Source: an uncultured Actinomycetes bacterium
Lineage (GTDB): Bacteria > Actinomycetota > Actinomycetes > S36-B12 > CAIYMF01
Direction of reading: 5' to 3'
NCBI GenBank assembly: GCA_963843975.1
Contig: CAWJMG010000001.1
Span: 450,001 to 482,000 of the forward strand
DNA: 32,000 nt
Below, one piece after another: positions 22,789 through 32,000 of this stretch. Numbering within the stretch: position 1 is the first letter of the stretch; each line of letters begins with the position of its first letter. The notes beneath the pieces were generated by a model. It did no database searches. It saw nothing but the letters and a program-made list of their open reading frames with translations, and was not told the origin of the DNA. Both the position numbers and the translations under genes were made by a program.

Positions 22789-25700
22789 ATGCGCTCGACC
22801 CTCCGCACCTCCCTGCTGGCTGTGGCATCCGCCGCAGCCCTGACCGCCGGAGTGATCGGCACCGCCGCACCCGCGGCGGCCGACCACACGCCGCTCCCCG
22901 CCCGCGTCACGCTCATGGGCAGCCTGATGTCCGAGCTCGGCTGCCCCGCCGACTGGGACGGCGGTTGCGACCTGACGGACCTGCCCGAGGTCGGCACCAG
23001 CAGCGTCTTCGAGAAGGTCTTCGACGTCCCGGCCGGCAGCTACAGCTCAAGGTGCGCCTGAACGGCGCGTGGGACGAGAGCTACGGCGACGCGACCGGCA
23101 CGTTCGGCCTCGGCGGCAACATCGCGCTCGCGCTGCAGCACGACGCGCGCCTGCGCTTCACCTACGACCACGCGACCCACGGCGTGACCGTGGCCCCGGC
23201 AGACGAGCAGCCGGGGCTCCAGACGTCCGACCGCTCGCTGGCGACGTCGAGCCTGCGCAAGGACCTGTCGCGCGAGCGCTTCTACTTCGTGATGGCCGAC
23301 CGCTTCGCCAACGGCTCCAAGGCCAACGACACGGGCGGCCTGGCCGGCGACCGGCTCACGACCGGCTACGACCCCACGGCCAAGGGGTTCTACCACGGTG
23401 GCGACCTCAAGGGCCTGCTGGGGAAGCTCGACTACATCCAGGGCCTCGGCACCACCGCGATCTGGATGACGCCCTCGTTCAAGAACAAGCCGGTGCAGGG
23501 CTCGCCAGGCAAGGAGAGCGCCGGCTACCACGGCTACTGGATCACCGACTTCACCACGATCGACCCGCACCTCGGCACGAACGCCGACCTGAAGACCCTC
23601 ATCAAGGCCGCCCACAAGCGCGGCATCAAGGTCTTCTTCGACATCATCACGAACCACACCGCCGACGTCCTCGACTACCCGGACTCCGCGTACGTCGGCC
23701 CGACCGGCAACCAGTCCGTCCCCTACGTCTCGAAGGCGGACCAGCCGTACAAGGACGCCGCGGGCAACCCGTTCGACGACCGCGACTACGCGTCCGGCGA
23801 CACCTTCCCCGCCGTCGACCCGGCCGTGTCGTTCCCGTACCAGCCGGTGGTCCCCGCCGGCCAGGAGAACGTGAAGGTCCCCGCGTGGCTCAACGACCCG
23901 ACGATGTACCACAACCGCGGCACGTCGAGCTTCGTCGGCGAGGACTCCGAGTACGGCGACTTCCCGAGCGGTGACCGCTCCGCGCTCGACGACCTCTGGA
24001 CCGAGCGTCCCGAGGTGGTCAACGGGATGGTCGACATCTACAAGACCTGGGTGAAGGACGCCGGCGTCGACGGGTTCCGCATCGACACCGTGAAGCACGT
24101 CGACCTGCAGTTCTGGCAGCGCTTCGCCCCGGCTCTCAAGGGCTACGCCGCCAGCCTGGGCGACAAGGACTTCTTCATGTTCGGCGAGGTCTACGACGCC
24201 AACCCGGCGTTCATGTCCCGCTACACCACCGCCGGCAAGCTCCAGGCCACGGTCGACTTCGGCTTCCAGGCGAGCGCCACGGCGTACGCGCGGGGCGAGG
24301 TGGGCAAGTCGGGAGCGTCCGCGAAGAAGCTGCAGCAGTTCTTCGCGTCGGACGACTGGTTCACCGACGGCGACTCCAACGCCTACTCGCTTCCGACATT
24401 CCTCGGCAACCACGACATGGGCCGCATCGGCAAGTTTCTCACCGACAGCGGCGCCACCGGCAAGGCGCTGCTCCAGCGCGACGAGCTCGCGCACGAGCTG
24501 ATGTTCACCACGCGCGGCCAGCCGGTCGTCTACTACGGCGACGAGCAGGGCTTCACCGGAGACGGCGGGGACCAGGACGCGCGCCAGGACATGTTCGCCT
24601 CGAAGGTCGCCACCTACAACGACGACGACCTGATCGGCACGAGCCGCACCACGGCGAAGGACAGCTACAACACGTCGCACCCGATGTACCGGCTGATCAA
24701 GGCGCTCTCGAAGCTGCGCGCGAACAACCCGGCCCTGGCCGATGGCGCGCAGATCCACCGCTACGCCGATGACGGCCCGGGCATCTACGCCTTCAGCCGC
24801 ATCTCGCCGAAGGACAAGGTCGAGTACGTGGTCGCCGCGAACAGCGCCGACACGACCAAGTCCGCGACGTTCCCGACGTACTCGAAGGGCGTCACGTTCA
24901 CGAGGGTCTGGCCCAAGGGCGACACCGACGTGCGCGGCGCGCTGCGCACCGGCTCGGACAATCAGATCCGCGTGAAGGTCCCGGCTCGGTCGGTCGTGGT
25001 CTACCGCGCGACCAAGTCGCTGCGCGACGACTCCGTGTCGCCGCTACCGACCGTGTCGTCGCCGCAGCCGGGGGCGGTCCTCGAGGGCCGTACGCCGGTC
25101 GGCGTCGACGTCGCGGTCGACGACCTCAACCAGGCCACCGTGCTCTGGCGGACCGTCGGCGGCACCACCTGGACCCTCGCGGGCACGGACGACAACGCGC
25201 CGTACCGCGTCTTCCACGACGTCAGCGCCCTGCCGAAGGGCTCGATCGTGGAGTACCGAATCGTCGTCAAGGACCACGACGGCGACCTCGGCGTCACCTC
25301 CACGTGGGGCGTCGTCGGCAAGGCACCCGTGGTCGATCCCGCCGGTCGGCCCGGTCACGCAGCCGGCCGCCGTCTCGATCCCGGGGAGTCACGGCTCTGA
25401 GATCGGCTGCCCCGACAGCACCACCGACGGCGGCACCGACCCGGGCGACTGGGACCCGACCTGCGAGCAGGCGCAACTGGCCCTCGACGCCAACGACCAG
25501 ATCTGGAAGGGCACCAAGTCGCCGCAGGCCGGCGGTTACGCGTTCAAGGCCGCGATGAACAGGGCCTGGGACGAGAACTACGGCGCCGGCGGCATCGCCA
25601 ACGGCGGCGACATCGGCTACACGGCCGACGGCAACCCCGTTCACTTCTACTACGACCACCGCACGCACTGGGCCACCAACGACCGCATCAGCGACATCGT

Positions 25701-25974
25701 CGTCGCGACCGGCTCGTTCCAGAGCGAGCTCGGCTGCTCCACGGACGGCGACGTCGCCTGCATGCGGGCGTGGCTGCAGGATCCCGACGGCAACAAGGTC
25801 TTCAGCCTCGGCATGACCGACGTTCCTGCCGGCACCTACACCGTGCAGGTCGCGCGCAACGGCACGCTCGAGGGTCCGACCCAGACCTTCACCGTGGCCG
25901 ACGGCGAGGTCACGACCTTCACCTACGACCCGGCAGGCACCACCCTGACGGTCACCACGGAGCCCCCGGCCTAG
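22789..25974 (+). pseudogene. Secreted GH13 alpha-amylase-family glucanase with N- and C-terminal Cys-containing beta-sandwich repeats; two frame breaks
   Basis: The signal peptide is MRSTLRTSLLAVASAAALTAGVIGTAAPAAA. GH13 regions are present: FYFVMADRFANG, GGDLKGLLGKLDYIQGLGTTAIWMTP, HGYWITDF, GIKVFFDIITNHT, GFRIDTVKHV, FMFGEVYD, FLGNHDMGR. The frame changes near 23041-23046 (ORF 22672..23061 into 22965..25400) and near 25320-25326 (into the frame of ORF 25555..25974). GC3 follows these switches. Confidence 0.8.
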
Positions 25975-25996
25975 CTCTGGGGAGCACGACGGACGA

Positions 25997-26020
25997 GGCC
26001 CGGTGCTGCTGCACCGGGCC
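25997..26020 (+). terminator. Intrinsic terminator-like hairpin after the amylase gene
   Basis: GGCCCGGTGC (25997-26006), loop TGCT, then GCACCGGGCC (26011-26020), a perfect 10-bp stem. It begins 23 nt after the stop. Confidence 0.6.
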
Positions 26021-26102
26021 CCGTTCGTGGTGCGTCGTCCCCGATCAGGCGACATCGCCCGCCGAAGACGCTTGTGTCACCGGCCGGTGCCATGCTGCAC
26101 AG

Positions 26103-26318
26103 ATGGCTGAGCGCGGGATGGTGGGCTTCGTGCGGAGCCCTGCCGTGCCCGCGTTCGACGACGCCGGCGGGCCGCTCGACGACTCGGTCGAGCACGAGCT
26201 GCTCGACTGGAGCGGCGGCGAGGCCCGCTGGCCCGACGGCGCGATGGAGACGACCGTCGTGCTGCCCAACCTGGACGTGCCGTGGCAGCGCCGTTGGGCG
26301 ACCGGCGGCCGGCTGTGA
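26103..26318 (+). CDS. Small hypothetical protein (71 aa)
   Basis: GC3 is near 95 percent across the ORF (MAERGMVGFVRSPAVPAFDDAGGPLDDSVEHELLDWSGGEARWPDG...). There is no clear SD and I recognise no family. Confidence 0.4.
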   Translation: MAERGMVGFVRSPAVPAFDDAGGPLDDSVEHELLDWSGGEARWPDGAMETTVVLPNLDVPWQRRWATGGRL

Positions 26319-26333
26319 CCGCTCGGACCCGGC

Positions 26334-27503
26334 TCAGTAGTGCTCGAGCAGCTTCCTGGCCATCACGATGCGCTGGACCTGGTTGGTGCCCTCGTAGATC
26401 TGGGTGATCTTCGCGTCGCGCATCATGCGCTCGACGGGGTAGTCCTTGACGTAGCCGTAGCCGCCGAGCACCTGCACAGCGTCGGTGGTGATCTCCATGG
26501 CTGCGTCCGAGGCGAAGCACTTGGCAGCGGCGCCGAAGAACGTGAGGTCGGCGTCTCCGCGCTCGCTCTTGGCGGCCGCGACGTACACGAGCTGGCGGGC
26601 GGCCTCGAGCTTCATCGCCATGTCGGCGAGCATGAACTGGATGCCCTGGAACTCCGCGATCGCCTTGCCGAACTGGCTGCGCTCCTTGGCGTACGCCGCG
26701 GCCGCGTCGAGGGCGCCCTGCGCGATGCCCACGGCCTGCGCGCCGATGGTCACGCGCGTGTGGTCGAGGGTCTGCATCGCGATCGCGAAACCCTCACCCA
26801 CACCGCCCACGCGGCGGGAGTCGGGGATGCGGACGTTGTCGAAGTAGAGCTCGCGGGTGGGACTGCCCTGGATGCCGAGCTTGCGCTCGGGCGCACCGAA
26901 CGAGAACCCCTCGTCGCCCTTCTCCACCACGAACGCCGTGATCCCGCCGCGGGTGCGCTTCTCCGGATCGGTCAGCGTCATGACGGTGTAGTACTCCGAG
27001 ACGCCCGCGTTGGTGATCCAGCGCTTGGCGCCGTTGAGCACCCAGTCGTCGCCATCGCGGACGGCCTTGGTGGTCATGCCTCCGGCATCCGATCCGGCGC
27101 CCGGCTCCGAGAGCGCGTACGAGAACATCGCCTCGCCGCGGGCCAACGGCGGCAGGTAACGCTGCTTGACCTCGTCCGAGCCGGCGAGGATCAGCGGCAG
27201 CGAGCCGAGCTTGTTGACCGCGGGGATGAGCGACGACGACGCGCAGGCGCGCGCCACCTCCTCGATCACGATGCACGCGGCGAGGGCGTCGCCGCCGGCG
27301 CCGCCGTACTCCTCCGGCACATGGATGGCGTGGAAGTCGCTGGCGACGAGCGCGGCGAGCACGTCGTGCGGGAACTCGTGCGTCTCGTCGATCTCGGCGG
27401 CCCGCGGCGCGATCTTGTCGGTCGCCAGGGCCCGGATCGCCTCGCGGAGCTGGTCGTGCTCCTCGCGCGGGCGATAGAGGTCGAAATCGCTGCTGCCGGC
27501 CAT
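26334..27503 (-). CDS. Acyl-CoA dehydrogenase
   Basis: 389 aa from ATG 27503. ACAD motifs are present: MFSYALSEPGAGSDAGGMTTKA...WVLNGAKRWITNAG...GFSFGAPERKLGIQGSPTRELYFDNVRIP...QFGKAIAEFQGIQFMLADMA...LGGYGYVKDYPVERMMRDAKITQIYEGTNQVQR. Confidence 0.93.
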   Translation of the reverse strand: MAGSSDFDLYRPREEHDQLREAIRALATDKIAPRAAEIDETHEFPHDVLAALVASDFHAIHVPEEYGGAGGDALAACIVIEEVARACASSSLIPAVNKLGSLPLILAGSDEVKQRYLPPLARGEAMFSYALSEPGAGSDAGGMTTKAVRDGDDWVLNGAKRWITNAGVSEYYTVMTLTDPEKRTRGGITAFVVEKGDEGFSFGAPERKLGIQGSPTRELYFDNVRIPDSRRVGGVGEGFAIAMQTLDHTRVTIGAQAVGIAQGALDAAAAYAKERSQFGKAIAEFQGIQFMLADMAMKLEAARQLVYVAAAKSERGDADLTFFGAAAKCFASDAAMEITTDAVQVLGGYGYVKDYPVERMMRDAKITQIYEGTNQVQRIVMARKLLEHY

Positions 27504-27633
27504 CGTGGCCACCTTCCCTCGTACGGTCCCTTCGATGTTAACGACCAGTAACCCCGACGGCGCGGGCGGCCTCGGGCCCCGATCGGGTGGTGCGGAAACA
27601 CGTCCGAGACGCATGCACGGATAGGCTCACGAG

Positions 27634-28983
27634 GTGACTTCGAGCGACTTCAAGCCCCGCCGTGTGACCGTGGTCGGCTGTGGCTACCTGGGTGCAGTCC
27701 ATGCCGCCGCCATGGCCGAGATCGGCCACGACGTGGTCGGCTTCGACGTCGACGAGGCGAAGGTGGCGCTGCTCAACACCGGGCACACGCCGTTCTACGA
27801 GCCGGGGCTCGACGACCTGCTCGCGCGCACGCTGGCCACCGGCCGCCTGCGCTTCACCACGTCGTACCAGGAGGCCGCCGACAACGGCGACGTGATCTTC
27901 CTGTGCGTCGGCACCCCGCAGCGCAAGGACTCCAACGCCGCCGACCTCATCTACGTGCGCTCCGCGGTCGAGAACCTCGCGCCGCTGCTCACCAAGCCGG
28001 CGTTCGTCCTCGGCAAGTCGACGGTCCCGGTCGGCACCGCCGAGTGGGTGCGCGACACGCTGCGCGAGCTCTCCCCCGCGGGCGACTCGGTGCGCCTGGC
28101 GTGGAACCCCGAGTTCCTGCGCGAGGGCTTCGCCGTCAAGGACACGCTCTCCCCCGACCGCCTGGTGGTCGGCGTCGACGACCCGGCCGACGCCGAGGAG
28201 CTCGCCACCGTCTACGGCCCGATCCTCGAGCAGGGGATGCCGTGGGTCGTCGTCGACCTCGCGACGGCGCAGCTCGTGAAGAACGCCGCCAACGCGTTCC
28301 TCGCCACCAAGATCTCCTTCATCAACGCCATGGCCGAGCTGTGCGAGGCCACCGGCGCCGACGTCGTCGCCCTCGCCGATGCCATCGGCCACGACGCCCG
28401 CATCGGACGCCGCTTCCTGCAGGCCGGTGTCGGCTTCGGCGGCGGCTGCCTGCCCAAGGACCTGCGCGGCTTCATGGCCCGGGCCGAGGAGCTCGGCGTC
28501 GACCAGGCGCTCGCGTTCCTCTCGGAGGTCGACTCGATCAACCTGCGCCGCCGCAGGCGCGCGGTCGACGTCGCCACCGAGCTGCTCGACGGCGACGTCA
28601 CCGGCAAGAAGATCGCGGTGCTCGGTGCGGCGTTCAAGCCCGACAGCGACGACATCCGCGACTCGCCCGCGCTCGACGTCGCCGGCACTCTGCACGAGAT
28701 GGGCGCCGACGTCCGCGTGCACGACCCCAAGGCGCTCGACAACGCGCGGCGCACCCGCCCTGGCCCGACGTACTGCGACGACCTGCGCGAGGCCGTCGCC
28801 GGTGCCGACGTCGTGCTGCACCTCACCGAGTGGCGCGAGTACCGCGAGCTCGACCCCGAGGAGATCGGCGGCCTCGTGGCGAGCAAGAAGCTGCTCGAGG
28901 GCCGCAACGCGCTCGACGTCGACCGCTGGGTCGCCGCCGGGTGGGACGTCAAGGCGCTCGGACGCCCGCGCGTCGGCGGATGA
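27634..28983 (+). CDS. ugd: UDP-glucose 6-dehydrogenase (UDP-glucose/GDP-mannose dehydrogenase family)
   Basis: The Rossmann N-terminus is VTVVGCGYLGAVHAAAMAEIGHDVVGFD. FLCVGTP is present, the catalytic Cys region is GVGFGGGCLPKD, and the C-terminal domain is AVLGAAFKPDSDDIRDSPAL. The start is GTG 27634 or GTG 27664. Confidence 0.85.
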   Translation: MTSSDFKPRRVTVVGCGYLGAVHAAAMAEIGHDVVGFDVDEAKVALLNTGHTPFYEPGLDDLLARTLATGRLRFTTSYQEAADNGDVIFLCVGTPQRKDSNAADLIYVRSAVENLAPLLTKPAFVLGKSTVPVGTAEWVRDTLRELSPAGDSVRLAWNPEFLREGFAVKDTLSPDRLVVGVDDPADAEELATVYGPILEQGMPWVVVDLATAQLVKNAANAFLATKISFINAMAELCEATGADVVALADAIGHDARIGRRFLQAGVGFGGGCLPKDLRGFMARAEELGVDQALAFLSEVDSINLRRRRRAVDVATELLDGDVTGKKIAVLGAAFKPDSDDIRDSPALDVAGTLHEMGADVRVHDPKALDNARRTRPGPTYCDDLREAVAGADVVLHLTEWREYRELDPEEIGGLVASKKLLEGRNALDVDRWVAAGWDVKALGRPRVGG

Positions 28984-28984
28984 G

Positions 28985-29419
28985 ATGACGCGCGACCCCG
29001 ACCTGTACGGCGACGACGCCACGGCCGAGCGGCTGCTGCGCGACACCGACGTGTGGGTCGTGGCCGGGCTGTCGCAGGATCAGTCGCGGGCGGCGTACGG
29101 CGTCTCCCGCCTGCTGCAGAGCCGCGGCAAGCGGATCGTGCCCGTGCACCCGCGCGCGCAGACCGTGCACGGCGAGCAGGGCTACGTCACCGTGGAGGAT
29201 GCGTCGTTCTCGCTCGGCCCGATCGACGTCGTCGACTGCTTCGTGAACTCCCGCCGCGTGGGTGAGGTGGTCGACGCCGCGATCGCCGTCGGCGCCAAGG
29301 CGGTGTGGCTGCAGCTCGACGTGATCGACGAGGCAGCCGCACGCCGTGCGAGGGACGCCGGCCTCGAGGTCGTCATGGACCGCTGCCCCGCGATCGAGTA
29401 CCGCCACCTCGCCCTCTGA
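28985..29419 (+). CDS. CoA-binding domain protein (YccU/YneT-like)
   Basis: 144 aa from ATG 28985, two nt after the ugd stop. It contains VWVVAGLSQDQSRAAYGVSRLLQSRGKRIVPVHP...IDVVDCFVNSRRVGEVVDAAIAVGAKAVWLQLDV. The longer ORF 28379.. is an out-of-frame overlap with ugd. Confidence 0.75.
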   Translation: MTRDPDLYGDDATAERLLRDTDVWVVAGLSQDQSRAAYGVSRLLQSRGKRIVPVHPRAQTVHGEQGYVTVEDASFSLGPIDVVDCFVNSRRVGEVVDAAIAVGAKAVWLQLDVIDEAAARRARDAGLEVVMDRCPAIEYRHLAL

Positions 29420-29430
29420 GGTCCGCGAGC

Positions 29431-29481
29431 TACTGCCCAGAGTGGGGCTTTCGAGGCACGTGTTACCCACTTCGGGCAGTA
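29431..29481. terminator. Imperfect long inverted repeat between convergent genes (bidirectional terminator candidate)
   Basis: TACTGCCCAGAGTGGG (29431-29446) pairs with CCCACTTCGGGCAGTA (29466-29481), 14 of 16 positions pairing, with a 19-nt loop. Confidence 0.45.
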
Positions 29482-29491
29482 ACTCGGAGGC

Positions 29492-30025
29492 CTACAAGGA
29501 CTGGCGGAGGGAGGCGCCCTTGTCCTTGGCGCTCTGGTTGAGCTGGGACTGGAAGGCGGCCATCCGCTGACGCAGCACGGCGCCGCGCTCGTCGTCGCCG
29601 GCCGCCAGCATCCGCACGGCGAGCAGGCCCGCGTTGCGCGCGTTGCCGATCGCCACGGTCGCGACCGGCACTCCGGCCGGCATCTGCACGATCGAGAGCA
29701 GCGAGTCCATGCCGTCGAGGTTCGCGAGCGGCACGGGCACGCCGATCACCGGCAGCGGCGTGAGCGAGGCGAGCATGCCGGGCAGGTGCGCGGCGCCGCC
29801 GGCGCCGGCGATGATCACGCGCAGGCCGCGGTCGATCGCGGTGCGGCCGTACTCGAGCATCTCCTCGGGCATGCGGTGGGCAGACACGACGCCGATCTCG
29901 TGCGCGACGCCGAACTCCGCGAGCGCGTCGGCCGCGGCCTTCATGACCGGCCAGTCGGAGTCCGAGCCCATCACGATGCCGACGAGCGGCACTCCGCCGA
30001 CCGCGGTGGTGAGGCCGTCACTCAT
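29492..30025 (-). CDS. purE: N5-carboxyaminoimidazole ribonucleotide mutase PurE
   Basis: [45 protein letters not shown]...[29 protein letters not shown]...[21 protein letters not shown]. Confidence 0.95.
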   Translation of the reverse strand: MSDGLTTAVGGVPLVGIVMGSDSDWPVMKAAADALAEFGVAHEIGVVSAHRMPEEMLEYGRTAIDRGLRVIIAGAGGAAHLPGMLASLTPLPVIGVPVPLANLDGMDSLLSIVQMPAGVPVATVAIGNARNAGLLAVRMLAAGDDERGAVLRQRMAAFQSQLNQSAKDKGASLRQSL

Positions 30026-31202
30026 CGATGACTCCCGTGAGGTAGTCGGCGGCGTGGTGGGCGCGCGCCAGCAGGTCGTCGAGGTCGTCCCCGACGACGG
30101 TCACGTGGCCGAGCTTGCGCCCGGGCCGCACGTCCTTGCCGTACATGTGGATCTTCAGCCCCGGGTCGCGCGCCATGCAGTGCAGGTAGGCCCGGTAGAG
30201 GCCGTCCTCCTTGTCGCCGCCGAGCACGTTCACCATCACGGAGTACGGCGCGATCGCGGACGGGTCGCCGAGCGGCAGGTCGAGCACCGCGCGCAGATGG
30301 TTCTCGAACTGCGAGGTGACCGCGCCGTCGATCGACCAGTGGCCGGAGTTGTGCGGGCGCATCGCGAGCTCGTTCACGAGCACGCGGCCGTCGCGGGTCT
30401 CGAACATCTCGACCGCGAGCATGCCCACGACGTCGAGCACCTTGGCCACGGTGAGCGCGGCCTGCTGAGCAGCGACAGCCTCGTCGTCGGTGAGCCCCGG
30501 CGCCGGGGCGACGACCTCGGTGCAGATGCCATCGGTCTGCACGGTGCGCACGACGGGGTAGGCCACGGCCTGGCCGTGCGGGCTGCGGGCGACCTGCGCC
30601 GACAGCTCCTGCACGAAGTCGACCTTCTCCTCCGCGAGCCAGCGCGCGCCCGGGTTCAGCGTGGTCGAGGCGATGAGCGCTGCACCCTCGTCGAACGAGT
30701 CGACCACCCACACGCCCCGGCCGTCGTAGCCGCCGCGCGAGGTCTTGAGCACCAGCGGCCACCCGGCCTCGGCGCCGAACGCCTCGAGCTGCCCGACCTC
30801 GTCGATCGCCGCCCAGCGCGGGCACGGCACGCCGGCCGCGGTGAGCGCCTCGCGCATGATGATCTTGTCCTGCGCGTGCACGAGCGCCCGCCCGCCGGGG
30901 CGCACGGCGACGCCCTCGTCCTGCAGCGTCTTGAGCAGCAGCGGCGGCACGTGCTCGTGGTCGAACGTGACGACGTCGCAGCCGGCGGCGAAGGCACGCA
31001 GGTCGTCGAGGTCGTCGTGGTCGCCCAGCCGCACGTCGCGCACGGCGTGGGCGGCGCTCTCCTGCATCGACGTCGCCAGCACTCGCAGTCCGACACCGAG
31101 CGCGATGGCGGGCTGCTGCAGCATGCGGGCGAGCTGGCCGCCGCCGATGACACCCACGACGGGGAACCCGGGCGCGACGTGCGCGTCGACGGATGAGGTC
31201 AC
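30018..31202 (-). CDS. purK: N5-carboxyaminoimidazole ribonucleotide synthase PurK
   Basis: [15 protein letters not shown] is followed by an ATP-grasp body ([21 protein letters not shown]...[18 protein letters not shown]). The 3' end overlaps purE by 8 nt, the classic purK-purE order. Confidence 0.92.
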   Translation of the reverse strand: MTSSVDAHVAPGFPVVGVIGGGQLARMLQQPAIALGVGLRVLATSMQESAAHAVRDVRLGDHDDLDDLRAFAAGCDVVTFDHEHVPPLLLKTLQDEGVAVRPGGRALVHAQDKIIMREALTAAGVPCPRWAAIDEVGQLEAFGAEAGWPLVLKTSRGGYDGRGVWVVDSFDEGAALIASTTLNPGARWLAEEKVDFVQELSAQVARSPHGQAVAYPVVRTVQTDGICTEVVAPAPGLTDDEAVAAQQAALTVAKVLDVVGMLAVEMFETRDGRVLVNELAMRPHNSGHWSIDGAVTSQFENHLRAVLDLPLGDPSAIAPYSVMVNVLGGDKEDGLYRAYLHCMARDPGLKIHMYGKDVRPGRKLGHVTVVGDDLDDLLARAHHAADYLTGVIDE

Positions 31203-31234
31203 CGCCAGAGCCTAGTCGGGCGTTCGGCGGTGTC

Positions 31235-32000
31235 CTACGAGCGGTGCCGCAGCTCGATCTCGTAGACGGCCGTGACGGTCTCGCCCGGCTCGCACTGAGC
31301 CAGCGGCCACCAGCCGCGGAACGGGTCGGTCGGTGCGGTCATCGGCTCCACGCACACCGTGTCGAAGATGAGCGGCGCGAACACGACGGCCACGTCGTAC
31401 CCCTGCACGTAGCGCACGACCACCTCGAGGTCGCCGGCGGCGACCGACACCTCGGTGCCGTCGGGCACCTCGAGGAACACGTCGTCGAGGAAGACGTCGC
31501 CGAGCGCGCCCTGCGGCAGCGGCGAGTCGGTGACCTCGCCCGTGGGGATGTTCTCGGCGTCGAGCGTCGCCCGGCGCGAGAGCGGTCCGCGCACCTCCCA
31601 CTCGGCGCGCGGCACGGCCGGGAAGTCGAACCACGGGTGCCACCCGAAGGCCACCGGCACGGCGACGTCGCCGACGGCGTCGAGCTCGGTCGTCACGCGC
31701 AGCACCGAGCCCTCGAGCTCGACCGTCACCACCAGGTCGTGCCGGAAGGGGAACTGCGCGAAGCAGTCGAGCGACTCGTCGAACCGCAGCCGCGACCGGA
31801 GCACAGCGGAGTCCTCGGACGCCCCGACATGCTCGACCGCCCACTCCGACGCGCCTGCGAGCAGTCCGTGGATCGGGTGGCCGTTGTCATCGGGGTGCAC
31901 GCGCGGGTCACCGACCTCGACGGTCCAGGCCACGTCGTCGACGGCCTGCGATGACGTCGAGAGGCGGTTGGCCCAGGGCGCGAGCAGCGGGATCCCGAAC
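31235..32000 (-). CDS. Aldose 1-epimerase (galactose mutarotase-like) family protein, 5'-partial at the window edge
   Basis: The frame is open to nt 32000. The upstream in-frame codons read FGIPLLAPWANRL, the family's N-terminal motif. Downstream it contains AFGWHPWF and CVEPMTAPTD. Confidence 0.75.
   Translation of the reverse strand, partial: FGIPLLAPWANRLSTSSQAVDDVAWTVEVGDPRVHPDDNGHPIHGLLAGASEWAVEHVGASEDSAVLRSRLRFDESLDCFAQFPFRHDLVVTVELEGSVLRVTTELDAVGDVAVPVAFGWHPWFDFPAVPRAEWEVRGPLSRRATLDAENIPTGEVTDSPLPQGALGDVFLDDVFLEVPDGTEVSVAAGDLEVVVRYVQGYDVAVVFAPLIFDTVCVEPMTAPTDPFRGWWPLAQCEPGETVTAVYEIELRHRS

Noticed and set aside
23040-24758. 572-aa ORF on the minus strand
   Set aside because: It is antisense to the GH13 catalytic core, whose conserved regions are unambiguous on the plus strand.
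27536-27591. Palindromes in the ACAD-ugd divergent spacer (GTTAACGACCAGTAAC and CCCGATCGGG)
   Set aside because: They are short or imperfect, and CGATCG-centred palindromes are common in GC-rich DNA. There is no second copy and no cognate regulator in the window, so this is too weak to call an operator.
1-32000. tRNA/rRNA genes, CRISPR arrays, IS elements, integrases, toxin-antitoxin or defence-type gene clusters
   Set aside because: None was seen. The intergenic regions are short and are accounted for by promoters and hairpins. I noticed no direct-repeat/spacer periodicity, no terminal inverted repeats and no transposase- or recombinase-like ORFs. This check was by eye only, so small ncRNAs cannot be excluded.

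Overview
Very high-GC segment, with third codon positions almost always G/C, that looks like a motile actinobacterium. All homology calls come from motif recognition by eye; no database search was run. From left to right the window holds six blocks. (1) The end of a flagellar export operon (+): flhB (5'-partial), flhA, an FlhF-like gene with eroded GTPase motifs and a broken frame, and two small membrane proteins. (2) A late flagellar operon (-): flgN-flgK-flgL-fliW-csrA. (3) A divergent unit (+): a FliA/WhiG-type sigma factor, flagellin fliC, fliD, fliS and a FliT-position ORF. (4) An aldo/keto reductase (-). (5) A chemotaxis operon (-): cheA-cheW-cheB-cheR-cheY-cheX, a frameshifted cheY, and a CheX-like ORF. 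(6) Housekeeping and accessory genes: a beta-propeller lipoprotein, a GH13 amylase-family gene with two frame breaks, an acyl-CoA dehydrogenase, UDP-glucose 6-dehydrogenase, a CoA-binding protein, purE, purK and a partial aldose-1-epimerase-like gene. The main observations are as follows. A fixed-spacing motif CTCAG-N16-CCGATRRGG occurs four times, each time upstream of and pointing at a motility unit (flhA, flgN, fliC, cheA), and is a candidate FliA-class promoter. The flagellin leader carries two CsrA-type GGA sites next to a fliW-csrA pair. The FlhF homologue has lost every GTPase motif and no flhG is present. Four otherwise well-conserved genes need a reading-frame change, which means either sequencing indels or gene decay. 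I saw no tRNA, rRNA, CRISPR array or mobile element. The many long ORFs antisense to real genes are GC-driven shadow ORFs.
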